A DNA stretch of 64,000 nt, taken from the NCBI GenBank assembly GCA_951406725.2, contig OX597836.1, positions 10,292,001 to 10,356,000 on the forward strand. Reading direction: 5' to 3'. Position numbers and translations under genes: made by a program. A model generated the notes under the pieces. That model worked only from the letters and a program-made list of their open reading frames with translations. It was not told where the DNA came from and did not search any database. The stretch is from Octopus vulgaris. Lineage: Eukaryota. This document shows positions 52,030-64,000 of the stretch, in pieces. The first letter of the stretch is position 1. Every line of letters begins with the position of its first letter.

Positions 52030-52470
52030 TACACAGTCAAACACACATACACGTATATATATATACGCAGTCAAACACACACACACACATATATATATAT
52101 ACATATACGCAGTCAAACACACACACATAGGCAAACGCATATATATACACAGGCATACACACATATACATACAGATAGGCAAACGCATCAATATATATAT
52201 ACACTGGCGAACACATACACACATGCACATACACTCACACACGCATACACGCACCCACACGTATATACACAGTCAAGAACACATACACGTATATATACAC
52301 AATCAAACATACACATACACACACACATATATATATACAGGCAAACGCATATATATATACACAGGCATACACATACACACATACAGACAGGCAAACGCAT
52401 CAATATATATACACTGACGACCATATACACACATACACATAGACTCACACACGCATACACACACACACTC
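52030..52470. repeat. Microsatellite-derived ~210-bp tandem duplication
   Basis: AGGCAAACGCATATATAT...AGGCAAACGCATCAATATA at about 52129 and 52339. Confidence 0.8.
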
Positions 52471-52757
52471 ACACCCATATAAGATATGCACACGCGCACG
52501 AATGCACATACTTGCAAAGTTTCCCATATACATATAGACACATTGTGTTCCTTTGGTGCACAAATAAAAGAATGACCGTGAGAGAGAGGGTGGGAGAGGG
52601 AAATAGAGGGGGGGAGGGAAAGAGAGAGATTGGGGAGGCAGGAGTACTCAGTACGTGGAATAAAGTTTATTTATAACGATCTTTCCGTCGCTTACCGAAC
52701 TTTTCGTCTCATGTTTCTTAATATCTACACACACACACATAGATATGTATATGTGTG

Positions 52758-52850
<93 letters not shown>

Positions 52851-52862
52851 ATGTGTGTGTGA

Positions 52863-53214
52863 GCGCAGGCGTGGCTGTATGGTGAGGAGCTTGTTTCCCA
52901 ACCACATGGTCCTGGGTTCAGTTCCACTGCGTGGCACCTTGGTCAAGTGCCTTTTACTATTGCCTCGAGCCGATCAAAGCCTTGTGAGTGGATTTGGTAG
53001 ACGGAAACTGAAAGAAGCACGTGGTATATATGTATGTGTGTGTTTGTGTGTGTGTGTGTGTCTTCTCTCCTCCCCTACGGGTATCACCTGACAACTGATG
53101 CTTGTGTGTTTATATCCCCGTAACTAAGCGGTTCGGCAAAAGAACCGAACTTTTAAGACAGTGCTCTAGCATGGCCGCAGTCAAATGACTGAAACAAGTA
53201 AAAGAATAAAAGAG
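52863..53214 (+). mobile_element. SINE A with internal deletion
   Basis: Head GCGCAGGCGTGGCTGTATGG; tail CAGTCAAATGACTGAAACAAGTAAAAGA. Confidence 0.88.
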
Positions 53215-53216
53215 TA

Positions 53217-54083
53217 TCTATATACTAATGAAAGTGAAGTTCAATCTTGCTTACTAGCTTGCAATGTTGCACAGCGAAACTGGCGCATAATGGGAAGATA
53301 CTATGAATTAAAAACCCCTGAAACGTTAATACGAACGGAATGAAACAAGTTTTATTTAGGGTTGGGGGTTATAAATACCCAAAACGGTGCATAATGGGAA
53401 AATATTCCGAATATAACTTCATCCTGAAAGGAAAAAACTTTAACCTTTCGATTAGATACAGTAACTTGACAACGAAGAATACGATTTGGTTTTTAACAGT
53501 AAATGTTTCTGTTTTCACTTCTGTTAACCCCAATATTTTAATCATTTAGAAATATTTTTAAGTGAAGGTGATTTCAAAAATGTAAGTTGTTTGTACAGTA
53601 TTTATATTTTAGCTTTCTTTAAACAGATAATATTTTGTTCTTTTAAAAAATTATTTTGAGGTGAATACCATTACGAAATTGTTTTTGGTATATCTAAAAA
53701 ATATTTTAAAGTGAAAATGACTTTAAAATACGGTAAATATTTCGTTCGTAACCTCGGTGTGAAATAATTTTTTTCCATAGGATTTTTTCGAGTGCATTCA
53801 ACGTATCTTGCCTCCAAAGATTTTGCTGCCATTTCTAGTACGCCCTGCTACCACGTAACAGCTATTTGCGATAAAGGACCCGAAATACCTGTTACGTGGT
53901 AGCAGGGCGTGCAAGAAATAGCAGCCAAATCTTTCCTTTTGTGGGTAAAGGAGCCGTTTACGCGCGATTTCGATGTCACGTGCGTTGAAAGCATGCGAAA
54001 AAAATCCACGAAGCAAAACTCCGTTGCTGGGAAACTCAGAGACTTTCTCTGTGACCCAGCGGGTCACGGGTAGTCTAGTCTAG
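53217..54083 (+). mobile_element. Non-autonomous Helitron
   Basis: Starts A|TCTATATACTAAT; 3' hairpin GTGACCC-AGC-GGGTCAC (54051-54067) lies 7-12 nt before CTAG|T (54075-54078 or 54080-54083); no TSD. Confidence 0.7.
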
Positions 54084-54637
54084 TATATATATATACACTA
54101 CAGTTGCTATCTTCCTAGTGAGACGGTTCCAAAGCTGTGTATCGGAGAGGAGAAATACATTTTCATTGCATCACTATATTGCTACACGGCTAGGTTGCAA
54201 CAGCGGTGTGTGTGTGTGTGTGTGTGTGTGTGTCGGGTATTACAAAGGAGTAAATTTAAAACTTAAAGAAAATAACAGGCTTTCATTTAGTAAATGAACC
54301 CGGTTCCGTCCCTTTAGAAAGTTTTGTGGGAGTTGTTGAGCTCAACTGAAGTAAACTTGGGTGGCACATAAAGATACAAGTAAATAAAATTGGTTTTGAT
54401 ATCTAGCGGAGCATAATGTCGTATTGTGTTCACCACACTGTTTTCAATATCACACACACAGACAGACAGGCGTACACACGTTTATTCTAGCTTCTCTCTT
54501 CCTCCCTCTCCTTCGCTGTCTGTCTCTGTCTGTGTCTCTATATTTCCGTATATACGTGTTTGTATGCATGTGTACAAATATACGTACGTACGCAAAGATT
54601 CTATTTATAGTGTATCTGTCTATCTTTCTCCATGTAC

Positions 54638-54724
<87 letters not shown>

Positions 54725-54860
54725 GAAATTAAATATAAATTACAAAATAGGACAAGAACGCAAAAACACACAAAGAGACGACGCAAAAAAACAGATGGGT
54801 CATTCGAAGCCTCTAATCTTCAGTCGGGAACCGGCTCATCTTAGCAATTTCGGCTGATTA

Positions 54861-54904
<44 letters not shown>

Positions 54905-54915
54905 ATAAATACATA

Positions 54916-54949
<34 letters not shown>

Positions 54950-55747
54950 AAAGAGAGATAGAGTGAGAGTCTATGTACTTCAGTGTTTTGCGTTTGCGCA
55001 TGTGTAGCATCAGCGTGTGTGATTTCAAACGTCCTTCCGACACCTCTGAGTTCTTGTTGATCGTCTTTGCCCGAATAAAAGCAGTGTTTGTTCAGGCGTG
55101 ATCGGAGAATCGGAGAATCGGAGAATCAATACGAGACGGCGGTAATGAACGAGAAGACTTAAATGTTGTAATTTAGTCCCCTTCACAGACTTAACAAACA
55201 CTCTGTATAATAAAAGCCTTTCAGAACAATTGCCGAACAATTAACCTTCGTTCACGCAAATATCTACAGACATTGCCCCAACATTGATACCCCACACGAA
55301 TTTCTACGAACATAACAAGATGGCGAACGCTTTGTTTTCTAGTTTGACCTGATAGGGGGCGTGAGATGCGGTTGCGTTACGTACGACGCAAAGCAAGCAA
55401 CCGCCTGAGGCGCTAAATATCTGTTGATCTGTTTGACGCCTCACAAATTCTGAACAACTTGGATAAAATTTCTTAACCCAGCTAAAAACGTGGGTTTTCA
55501 AAGAACGCGGAAAAAAAACAATTTTTAAATAGATAAATAAAAACTTGTAACAGATGGGTGCCGGTTTAGCTCGGCGCAGAAATAGCCATGTGGTTAACAA
55601 GCTCGTATTGCAGCCGCGTGAATTCGGGTTCATTCCCAGTGTACAGCACCTTAGACAAGTAGCTTCTAATATCCCCTGGGGCCGACCAATTCCTTGTAAA
55701 TGAAGTTGGTAAATGGAATCTGTGTGGAAGCCAGACTTATCTATCTC

Positions 55748-55798
<51 letters not shown>

Positions 55799-55867
55799 CT
55801 GTCTGTCTATCTGTCTGTCTGTCTGTTTGTCTGCCAGTCTGAGTGACTTTGTATATGTCGGTCTATA

Positions 55868-56459
<592 letters not shown>

Positions 56460-57439
56460 GCCTCAGCCTTTAATTCGTCCATTTTTTAGTGAATGGCAAA
56501 GGGGGTCTTTGTACGGGTATATGGCTTTTAGGCCTCACCCACTAGAACGGAGAAAATTAAATAAGGTAAAGATAAAATAAATAATAACTTCGTGAATACG
56601 GTCAGTTCTGTATACGTACCTGTAAGTTTTACGTACCTGTAAGTTTTAGGTTTCTACATATGCAAATATGAAAGCAAATAATTATGAGGCTTGACAATAA
56701 TAAATAGCACGGCACGTCGTCGCGGCTTGTAATCTCCAACGATGGACCAACTCCGAGTGCTGGCTAATCAAAACATGATAGTTTTCCTATAAAAATCATT
56801 CAGTCCTTAAATAGATTCTATAGAAAGACATGTTGTTAAACATCGTAAGATCTATAGTGTCCTATAATTGCACTGACAATCAACACAACAGGCTGGTGGG
56901 TGACATAGTTAAACCGTCTGACAAGATTCTAAAACGTCCTGACGTTCGCCCGACACAGCTCCATATTTTAACGCGCGGTGTTGTTCGATTCAAGTGAATC
57001 GGCGGATAACACCGCGCTAGTATGAAGTTGGTGAGACAATATTTACCAGCTACATTGTTCTAGAAAAAACAACTTGACATCTATCTATAATATATAATAA
57101 CTATAGTTGATAATAAATACTAGGCTGTCAATACAAGTTTTTAGTTTACCCAGCCGTATCTGCTGGGTAAAAATATATAAATAAAAACTTCTTTAAATAT
57201 GGCGCTGTTATTTTAACAAATTTGCTTTCTTCAAGAGACAGTTTCCTCTTTGTTGAGACGGTACACAATAAAACTGATGTGATATCGTGTACACTACTTG
57301 CTGTGGTACATACATCTGCATTACTATATAGTGGCTAACTCAGTGATTATCAACTAATTTTTGCTTACTTCAATTTATAAAAAAGAAGAAAAAAAAGAAA
57401 AAAACGTGCGTCATAATATGAACGTAGTTAGTAAGTGGC

Positions 57440-57543
<104 letters not shown>

Positions 57544-57606
57544 TTCAAGAACTCGTTTTAATAAATCTGTAAAAGGAAGTCAATTGAGTCGCAGGCTAAT
57601 TATGTG

Positions 57607-57663
<57 letters not shown>

Positions 57664-58842
57664 TAGAAAAAAAACACCTGTTATCAAATCAATAATGAAA
57701 AATTAAATTACACAATCTAGAAAATTACAAATAGAAAAATTAAATATAAGATAAAAAAATATAACAATGATTAAGTAATGTGCAAAATAATAAATAAAAC
57801 GTATATATATATATACATATATAAGTTTGGAATAATATTCCCTCATTATATATATATATATATATTATATGTAGAAAAATACAAACTTGGACAAGAACGT
57901 AAAGCATTAGAAGACGATACAAAAAACACGGACGGGACATTCGAAGCCTTCAATCTTCAGTCAAGAACCGGATCATCCTAGCAATTTCGGCTGATATATA
58001 TATATATATATATATATATTGCTTGTTTCACTCAATCAAATGCGGCCAAGCTGGGGCACTATTTTTTTTTCTTTTGAAGCCTGGCTCTTATTTTGACAGC
58101 TTCTTTCGATGAACCGCTAGTTATCTCGGTTGTCAAGCGGCCGTAAGGTAACTGGTACTTAATTTATCGACCCCGAAATGATGAAAGGCAAAGTCGACCT
58201 CGGCGGAATTTGAACTCAGAACGTAACGGCAGACGAAATACGGCTAACGTTTCTGCCAGCTCGCCGCCTTATGTGTGCGTATATATACATAAACATATAC
58301 GTTTCGAACATTACAAAGAACATTAAATCCAAAACTAAAAACACATGTTTTTATTTTTATGTTCATTTCTATTTTATTTGAAGCATAAATGATATGCCTG
58401 ACACCGCCAAGTGACCACTCCTCAGTGAAATATATTTTGTAATCTTTGCACCCTACAAAACTTATTGATCTCGGTAATTGCCACCAAGAAATAAGGTCTT
58501 GATGATATCATATGGGGAGGTAACGACTTAAAACCTGAATGCTATACCAATGGGAGTGATATGGAATCCCAAGGGGACAAGCATTTCCGTCCCAGTTTCA
58601 GTTTCATTCTTTATTTTCTCCTTATAAAGTATTTAGTAAGTAATTAGTAACAGAGCGAGAATGACATAATTTCTTTAAGAAATTAATAAATACCTACATA
58701 TGAACCTTAATGGCATCCACACATAGAAAAAAGGGAATAAATGAACTCCCAGTTGAATATGCATTTCCTATTTATTTCCATTTATGTTTTTTGTCCCTTC
58801 TCTTTAAACTGTATTAGGGTGTTTTATTATTAATCAAATTTG

Positions 58843-59110
58843 AAGGCGGCGAGCTGGCAGAATCGTTAGCACGCCGGGCGAAATGCTTAGCGGTATTTCG
58901 TCTGTCTTTATGTTCTGAGTTCAAATTCCGCCGTGGTCGACTTTGCCTTTCATCCTTTCGAGGTCGATAAATTAAGTACCAGTTACATACTGGAGTCGAT
59001 CTAATCGACTTGGCACCCTCCCCCCAAAATTTCGGATCTTGTGCCTAGAATAGAAAAGAATCGTTAGCACGCTGGGCGAAATGCTTAGCGGTATTTCGCT
59101 TGTCTTCACT
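58843..59110 (+). mobile_element. SINE B variant with alternative tail, plus a restarted head
   Basis: Tail CCCCCAAAATTTCGGATCTTGTGCCTAGAATAGAAA, then GAATCGTTAGCACG. Confidence 0.9.
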
Positions 59111-59246
59111 TTCCGTTCGGGAGTAGCAGTTAGGAGTACCGGTTTCGTTTTCCATACAGGCTGTGCGATTCCTTGTTTACTCATCCATGGTACGCTACAT
59201 ATTTTCTTTTAATATATTTTAATTAATGTGTTATACCGTGCAGTGT

Positions 59247-59630
59247 GGAGGCGCAATGGCCCAGTGGTTAGGGCAGCGGACTCGCGGTCATAGGATCGCG
59301 GTTTCGATTCCCAGACCGGGCGTTGTGAGTGTTTATTGAGCGAAAACACCTAAAGCTCCACGAGGCTCCGACAGGGGATGGTGGTGATCCCTGCTGTACT
59401 CTTTCACCACAACTTTCTCTCACTCTTACTTCCTGTTTCTGTTGTACCTGTATTTCAAGGGGCCGGCCTTGTCACTCTCTGTGTCACGCTGAATATCCCC
59501 GAGAACTACGTTAAGGCTACACGTGTCTGTGGAGTGCTCAGCCACTTGCACATTAATTTCACGAGCAGGCTGTTCCGTTGATTCGGATCAACCGGAACCC
59601 TCATCCTCGTAACCGACGGAGCGCTTCCAC
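59247..59630 (+). mobile_element. Full-length SINE family C
   Basis: A box TGGCCCAGTGG, B box GTTTCGATTCC; near-identical to 7347-7738 (-). Confidence 0.92.
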
Positions 59631-59876
59631 TGTATATTTACTGATTTAATTTTTAGGTATGAAAATGCTTATTTTACCACAGAAATAATTAAAATCTGAA
59701 AAAAATATAAATACCTATCGGCTGCAGAAACCCAGACAAAATACTGTTAAGCATTTCGCCCAGCGTGCTAACGTTTCTGCCAGCTCGCCACCTTGTCATT
59801 AATGTACTTCCTTCGAAAGATTGCTAAATAAATAAATAAATAAATAGATAAATATAAATACCTATAAATACCTATA

Positions 59877-60282
59877 GGCGCAGGAGTGGCTGTGTGGTAA
59901 GTAGCTTGTTTACCAACAACATGGTTCCGGGTTCAGTCCCACTGCATGGCACCTTGGGCAAGTGTCTTCTACTATAGCCTCGGGCCGACCAAAGCCTTGT
60001 GAGTGGATTTGGTAAACGGAAACTGAAAGAAGCCTGTCGTATATATGTATATATATATATGTGTGTGTTTGTGTGTCTGTGTTTGTCCCCTTAGCATTGC
60101 TTGACAACCGATGCTGGTGTGTTTATGTCCCTGTTACTTAGCGGTTCGGCAAAAGAGACCGATAGAATAAGTACTGGGCTTACAAAAGAATAAGTCCCGG
60201 GGGTCGAGTTGCTCGACTAAAGGCGGTGCTCCAGCATGGCTGCAGTCAAATGACTGAAACATGTAAAAGAGTAAAAAGAGTA
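59877..60282 (+). mobile_element. Full-length SINE A
   Basis: Near-identical to 4507-4932. Confidence 0.93.
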
Positions 60283-60914
60283 AGCGTAAAAATAACAGAG
60301 GTTTGTTTAGTTCCCGTTGCCAAAGAGGAAACGGATCTACGGACCGCTGTTAAGGACAGTGTGATGTAGAACAAGTACCGTTGACTGCATTGTGTGTTGC
60401 TGGCTATAACGGCGGCCGGTCAACACGGTTTATTTATTTCTTGAGCTCAATTGACATGACGAAAAATATTTTAAGAACAGCAGCGACATTTACCCAGTCT
60501 GTAAGCCGAGGCCCCTTAAATCCTTTTTGCTATTGAACTAATGTACTGACTTAGACAGTTTAAACAGAGGCGAAGATTCGTAACCAGACGCTCGTTGCTG
60601 GCGTTTTTCAAAGCGAACGGAAAGGATGAAATGCCAGTTCTGTTTAGAGGCTCCCGAGAAATACGAGTGTATTTGAGACTTTGGATTTATTTGTTCAAAG
60701 ATCTAAGAGCTTTTTTTTATCTTTTCTTTTCTTCTTTTTTTTTTTTTTTTTGTTTTCTTCATATTTATTTTCTTCTGTGTGGCTGACTTTTCTTGCACCG
60801 GAGAAGAAGAGGCCATTTACTGACAATAGCAAAACAAGACGGACAACAGACAACAAACATTCGTCGCCATTTCTCGGCTTCGAGATTCTCACCATCAAAC
60901 TAACTTCACTAATT

Positions 60915-61487
60915 CACTCTTTCTCTCTTTGTCGCTCACTCACTCCCTCTGCCCCCCTATCTCTCTCTCTGTCGCCCATCCTCTCTCCCTGTCGCTCACA
61001 CTCTCTCGTTGTTGCCCTCCCTCTCTCTGTGTCACTTTGTCGCTTTCTCTCTGTCGTTCCCTCTCTCTCTCTCTGTCGCACCCTCTTTGTCTCAGTCGCT
61101 CCCTCCGCCTCTCTCTCTATATCTGTTGCTTCCCCTCTCTCTCCTTCTCGCTCCCCCTCTCTCCCTGTCGCTTCCTCCTCTCTCTCCCTGCTGCTCCCCT
61201 CTGTCTCTCCCTGTCGCTCCCCCTTTCTCTCTATCTCCCTGTCGCTCCCTCTTCTCTCTCCCTCTTTCTCCCCTCTGTCTTTCCTTGTCGCTCCCTTCTC
61301 TCTCTCCCTGTCGTTCCCCCTCTCTCTTCCTGTCACTCCCCCTCTCTCTTTGTCGCTCTGTCGCTTTGTCACTTTCACTCAGTCGCTCCCTCTCTCTCAG
61401 TCATCCCCTCTCTCTCTCTGTCGCTCCCCTTCTCTCTCTGTCGCTCCCCTCTCTCTCTCTCTGTCGCTCCCCATCTCTCTCTGTCGG
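60915..61487. repeat. Pyrimidine-rich degenerate repeat, (CT)n-TGTCGCTCCC
   Basis: TGTCGC/TGTCAC/TGTTGC cores roughly every 20 bp with (CT)n spacers. Confidence 0.9.
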
Positions 61488-61994
61488 TGCAACAAACTCA
61501 AAAACACATCCCCACCCACGCATTCACAAATAGTATACACCCGATCCAGGAATTGAAACCACAATCTTACGATCATGAGTCCAACACCCTAACCACTAAA
61601 CCACGCATTTCCACGCTCTTCAGGCTTGTGGTTACCTGAATACGTTGACGTATGCATATGCGGGTACGTATGATGGGTGTTGGTCGTATGTGCGCATAAG
61701 TGTATGCTGTGCGTACGTATGTATTTATGCCCGCATGTATGTGTGATGTGTGCATGTATGTATATTTGCATGCATGTGTGTGATGGTAGATGTATGAATG
61801 CATATGTGTGTGCACGCATTTACGGCATACAGTACAATTTTGTCAGGTCTAACGTAGCATTAGGCACAGATGCTCAAAAACTTCTTCATACGAAAATAAC
61901 ACAAGCTTAGTTCAAACTGAAATTTCGCTATACGAAGGAAAGAATAATAATAATAATTATTATTATTTCAATTTTTTTTTCCACAAGCGCAGCT

Positions 61995-62455
61995 TGAGGG
62001 AGGAGATTAAGTCAATTATATCGACCCCAGTGCGTAACTGGTACTTATTTAATCGACTTCGAAAGGATGAAAGGCAAAGTCGACCTGGGCGGAATTTGAA
62101 CTCGAAACGTAAAGACCGGCGAAATACCAATTTCTTTACTACCCACAAGGGGCTAAACACAGAGAGGACAAATAAGGACAGACAAACGGGTTAAGTCGAT
62201 TATATCGACCCCAGTGCGTAACTGGTACTTATTTAACCGACTTCGAAAGGATGAAAGGCAAAGTCGACCTCGGCGGAATTTAAACTCGAAACGTAAAGAC
62301 CGGCGAACTACTGCTAAGCGTTTCGCCCGATTCGGCAAAAGGGAACGATAAAATAAGTACTAGGGTTACAAAGAATAAGTCCTGGGGTTGATTTGTTCGA
62401 CTAAAAGCAGTGCTGCAGCATCGCCGCAGTCAAATGACTTAAACAAATAAAAGAA
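61995..62455. mobile_element. SINE B partial dimer (-) joined to a SINE A tail (+)
   Basis: Junction GGCGAAATAC|CAATTTCTTTAC at about 62128; SINE A from TTCGGCAAAA at about 62331. Confidence 0.88.
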
Positions 62456-63216
62456 TATATAAATATATATATATATATATGCACACACACCAGAAGATAT
62501 TAAGTGAAATATATAAATATACAAGCGTGCACACACACACACACCAAGATGATATTTAGTACTCGACAAGATATTTCTGGAATGTTTTGTTTATTAAAAC
62601 ATATCTAAAGCTGACGCTTAAGCATTTCGTTCAAACATTAGCCGAGGCAAGGGACAGTTTGACAGCAAATTTGAAATATGTGACAAGCAGTCATTCATTT
62701 GAAGAAAGATGCGGTGTGTCGTACCTACCAAGTGCAGCATGATCAAAGCTTAAGGAGTAGCAGGTGGAGGAGGACGTGGACGTTGAACTGAACGACAAGG
62801 AGGGAGGAAGCAGGAGGCTTAAGAGAAGGAGAGGGTAAACAATCAAGGTGAGGTGAGATGATTTTGGTCGGAGCCCAGAGGCGCCTGGCTTTCAAAAAAA
62901 TGATCGCCCTCGATCGTCGATGCGTGTACAGAGCTTACATTCTCGACAACAGACGAATCAAACTGATAGAGCTATTCGGGTTGTAGTTATCTCGGACTGG
63001 TATCAAAGGCGATAGTTCAACTAGTTATCTTTAAAAATTGGCCTTTGGCTCTTAGTAAATCATTCTAATCCTGAGGTTTCTTTTGAAGAAATGCGTTTCT
63101 CAAGGGAAACCGATTACAAAAAACAAAAAAAACATTGAAAGTTCTTCGTTTGCAAATAAATAAATAAATTAATGAACAGATGAATAATAATAATAATAAT
63201 AATAATAATGATGATG

Positions 63217-63285
<69 letters not shown>

Positions 63286-63464
63286 TCGCTGTGAAAACAA
63301 CATCCATTCATGAATTTGTTTATTTAATAATTTTTTAAATACATATTTTACTACCTGTGAATTTGCGTGTCTAACCTGGGAATACATACAATGAGCTTCT
63401 CTGCCCCTAGGTGTATGGAAAACACTCGGCGAGAAATGGAAGAAAATTTGAAGAAAGAAGGAAA

Positions 63465-63521
<57 letters not shown>

Positions 63522-63574
63522 AATGACGATGATGATGATGATGATGATGATGATAATTTCTTTTATTTGCCATC

Positions 63575-63887
63575 AGAGCTTATTCTTTGCAAGCCTAGTA
63601 CTTATTCTATCGGTCTCTTTTGCCGAACTAAGTTACGGGGACGTAAACACACCAGCATCGGTTGTCAAGCGATGTTGAGGGTACAAACACAGACACACAA
63701 ACATATACACACATACATATATACGACGGGCTTCTTTCAGTTTCCGTCTATCAAATCCACTCACAAGGCTTTGGTCGGCCCGAAGCTATAGTGGAAGACA
63801 CTTGTCCAAGGTGTCACGCAGTGGGACTAAACCCGAAACTATGTGGTTGGTAAGCAAGCTACTTACCACACAGCCACTCCTACGCCT
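63575..63887 (-). mobile_element. SINE A lacking its tail
   Basis: Ends CTTACCACACAGCCACTCCTACGCC. Confidence 0.9.
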
Positions 63888-64000
63888 GATCTTTAACAAG
63901 AATGATATTGACCGCGACTTGTGAGCCAGGTAACCCATCATCTCCTACTACCAATCCCCCCCCCCCCCCACAAGAGGAATTGGTCGGTCAAGGGCTAAAA

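Noticed and set aside
55172-55190. miR-133-like sequence (TTTAGTCCCCTTCAC)
   Set aside because: Mismatch in the seed, divergent 3' half and no precursor hairpin.
57080-57175. Mini-Helitron (TC start; hairpin TTTACCCAGC/GCTGGGTAAA at 57145-57171)
   Set aside because: The hairpin is real but no CTRR terminus follows, so support is insufficient.
62764-62838. Possible short exon (VEEDVDVELNDKEGGSRRLKRRRG)
   Set aside because: No polypyrimidine tract before the AG, purine-rich low complexity and no recognisable homology.

Overview
Eukaryotic, repeat-dominated DNA with no protein-coding exon I can support. The supplied ORFs are mostly translations of microsatellites, SINEs or minisatellites, and the rest match nothing I recognise. 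The repeat content suggests intergenic or intronic DNA of an octopus or related coleoid cephalopod, though this is inferred from memory of such repeats, not from a search. Contents: (1) dozens of copies of about five tRNA-derived SINE families, which I label A-E; (2) a decayed RTE-clade LINE fragment; (3) hAT- and piggyBac-like MITEs and a non-autonomous Helitron; (4) several minisatellites; (5) at least three well-formed and several decayed type I hammerhead ribozyme motifs in Penelope-like or retrozyme-like repeats; (6) two tRNA pseudogenes (Asp, Glu), each fused right after its Pol III terminator to the same LINE-type 3' tail, a variant of which also ends SINE family A. The best leads are the tRNA + LINE-tail chimeras with a covarying tail stem-loop, a 237-bp hammerhead repeat unit, and hammerheads with long stem II extensions. 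Coordinates were counted by hand and repeat boundaries are approximate.
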